NCBI GenBank assembly: GCA_949358305.1
Contig: OX442314.1
Coordinates: forward strand, 17,298,001 to 17,362,000
DNA: 64,000 nt
Source: Strigamia acuminata
Lineage: Eukaryota
Direction of reading: 5' to 3'
This document shows positions 61,292 through 64,000 of the stretch, in pieces (the first letter of the stretch is position 1; the number at the start of each line of letters is the position of its first letter). The notes below the pieces were generated by a model. It saw nothing but the letters and a program-made list of their open reading frames with translations, was not told where the DNA came from and did not search any database. The translations under genes were made by a program, and so were the position numbers.

Positions 61292-64000
61292 TCAATTAGT
61301 TCCATTAACCCCCACACGAATTTCAGACTCCTCAGGATCAGCACTCTCCTCATCTTCTTTTCTACTCGCCGCCTATTAATACAAAGTTATGATTAAAATT
61401 GTACAAAAAATAGAAAATGTATCGAAGTATTACTCACTTTCATTATTGTATCTGAATCAGCCAACGCTTGTTTTGCTAAGTAACGCTCTCTCTTAATTTT
61501 CAACTCGAGGCTACTTGGAATGTCGGGAACGAGAAGGTCAATAAGTCGGCAAACGCCAAATACCACATGCTAGAAATAATAAAAAAAATCAATAAATAAA
61601 AAAATAGAAGTAAAAACTATCTTTTCCTTACCTCGAAAACAATAACGAAAACCAATCGGATGGCAAGTAATTCCCAATAGAAGAGAGTGTGATCTCCTTT
61701 TTCGTCTCTAAAATCTCGGTATCGACATTCTTCGGTCATAGTACCGTTCGGAGCATACGACAAAGTGAAGTTTATGTAACCCTGTAAACTCCCGAAATGT
61801 GCTTTGTAAAGTAATTGTGGAAGGAAATCCGATGTAAATGCTATGAGAAATGCCTATGGACAAACCAATTCGTTAATAATCAATATAATGGACCAACAAC
61901 AGTCCTTACATTACTAATTACTGCCAATTGGGCTAAAGCTTCCAATATAGTAAACCAGACTCCTATATTTCTTGCTCGTTCTGCTACGGCTCGTCTCATT
62001 TCACATACGAATTTGTGCGCGTCCAATCTTATTTCCACCCAGTTGTTTAAAAGTGCAAAAAGTGGCGCTAATGGAAATGCGGCCACGAATATTGTAATAA
62101 AGCCAAATTGCAGGACTGAAAATAGAGACAAATTATTTGATTCCGCCCTCCTGTATTGCAATAGTGTATGTCTTTTTAACTTACCCATTTCCAAGTATTC
62201 GTCGAATAAACCTTCGTTTTCAATCAGTTGATAATCTGCCTCCCATCTGGTCTTTTCCCCACTCTTGAGCAATGTAGTAACCTTTTTCCTATGTCGCCAT
62301 GCTTTGATTTTCCTAGCAATTTTTTTCTTGTCGTAAATCGGTTTGCTTAGATTGAAATGTTTTGTTTTTAGACTTACGGGATTAGGATTTCTTGTGCGTT
62401 GTTGATAATTTGTTTGCCAATCATAATGACAATGAGTTGTTGGGCAAGTTCAACTAAACAGCCACTATTACCACACTAGATTAAAAGACCAAAATGAAAC
62501 AAAATATTAGACAAGTCATTTCTACATCTACATCTGTATTTAATTAATAATTACATCTTCTTGTCGTAATCCTAAAACATAATTATAATGTCCCGGGTAG
62601 CCAACAAATCTAAATTTAAAAAATATTAATAATTAATACCGGTAATACAAAACGGCGTATAATAATAACGAGAGTCATACCGCCCTTTGAAGAATGCAAT
62701 ATAGATAATGGACGAATAAAAATTGACGAATTGAAAAAGAAACACTTTAAATATGAGATTGTCTTCAAATTCAGTTTGTGTCCTATGCATTTCTACGAAT
62801 AAAAAAGTATAAATCAAATTTGAAAATTTAAATATTTATGCTTGTATACCCCATTCGGTGAGCAGATGCGCCAATCTTGTATAAACTCTACTCAATGCAA
62901 TAATGAAAATCAAATTGACTACAGCACCAGTCATACTGGCTATAGTGGTGGCCTGACTCCGGAGCGCTTGGTTTTGAAAAAGGGGAATGCTAATGAGCAC
63001 TCTATACACTATTACAGCAACTATGAAGATAATGACTAGACAAATCTACAGAAAAATAATTCCATTATTACCTTTTTATTTGTATAATAATTGCATAGTA
63101 CCATGACTAATAAGACTCCTAATCCTGCCACCATTCTTTTTCCTCGTAGGGCTTTTGGGAAAGCGGGTTCCCTAATACCTGTAACAGGGTTGCGTTCCAT
63201 CAACGGAGCTTTGGCTGCAAATTCTGGACGGGGTCGTTCCTGAAATCAAATTGATTGCAAATTGATTAGACTGAAATTTGACTTTGAGCAAGAAGTTTGA
63301 GCACCTCTTCCTCTGCGTAATCCAAACAGTCCCAATGATGTGCTAAACTTGCACTTTTCCTTTTCCAGTATTCAAGAAATGAGACGGCTGCAATAGATTT
63401 TACTCGTTATTTCTGAGCATTTCGATATGATGTTAGTGTTTACCCCAAAAGGAAACGAATATGGCATAAAATACGGTGCCTGGATGGTCGAATAAGTAAG
63501 AGACGGTACTTAACACGCAGATATCTGATAAACTCCAATATAAAGTGCAACCGATTTTTTCATCGCATTGTGGACACATTTTAAAGGCATCTCCACTGTC
63601 GCATATTTCTTTTCTACAAATAATTGAAAAAAGATCATTTTAACCAGTTATTTAGGTTTCAATTAACGTTGGCGGTCCAACTGGCTTCAGTCCAGGCCAC
63701 GATTCGCCGCCAGAATCGACTAAAGCACGCGCCCTTCGTGATCAATGGCATTCATATTTCGAGGTACCAGCCAAAAAAATAACTGAGAAATTTTGAACAT
63801 TTTGAAAATATTATTCTTTGGCCACAACCCAATTTGACAAATTTTTTGGCCCAGTCATTGCACAAGTTGGACAGCCCCGCATTAATTGATAAAGAGATAA
63901 CTCACGCTGGTAAATAAAAATCCATTGTAAAAACCCCATACAGAAAAACTAGTAAACCAACTACTGCGGCTGGTAGCAGCCATCCAGTGTAAAAACCTGC
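61292..64000 (-). CDS. Anoctamin copy E (ANO7-like), 3' part from TM1; continues beyond the window
   Basis: [13 protein letters not shown]...[28 protein letters not shown]...KQIINNAQE...GLFDEYLEM...[12 protein letters not shown]...[13 protein letters not shown]...VNGTN*. Confidence 0.92.

Overview
AT-rich, intron-dense animal genomic DNA, probably an invertebrate/arthropod (species not identifiable from sequence alone). The first 26 kb is a compact block of conserved genes: the 3' half of mTOR (+), an Ack/PR2-type tyrosine kinase (-), a kraken/SERHL-type serine hydrolase (+), DCAF17 (+) and GMP synthase (+). From 26.5 kb to the end lies a head-to-tail array of five minus-strand ANO7-like anoctamin (TMEM16) genes, called A-E here (E is partial), plus an orphan sixth 5' end. 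The paralogues differ at the Ca2+ sensor. Copy A splices into an open frame but has lost nearly all Ca2+-ligating residues, copy C has Gly at the TM6 glutamate, and B, D and E are canonical. B, C and D share a poly-Asp micro-exon and start at a downstream ATG, while a decayed copy of A's first exon lies upstream of each. Between D and E are an intronless BC-box/LRR (AMN1-like) gene and a spliced, internally duplicated Cys-rich gene fragment that the ORF track shows only as one exon. A 9-bp-TSD element duplicates the last splice acceptor of that fragment. Several DNA transposons, MITEs and a solo LTR sit in introns. Gene models were spliced by eye, and family assignments and residue numbering come from recalled sequences, not database searches.
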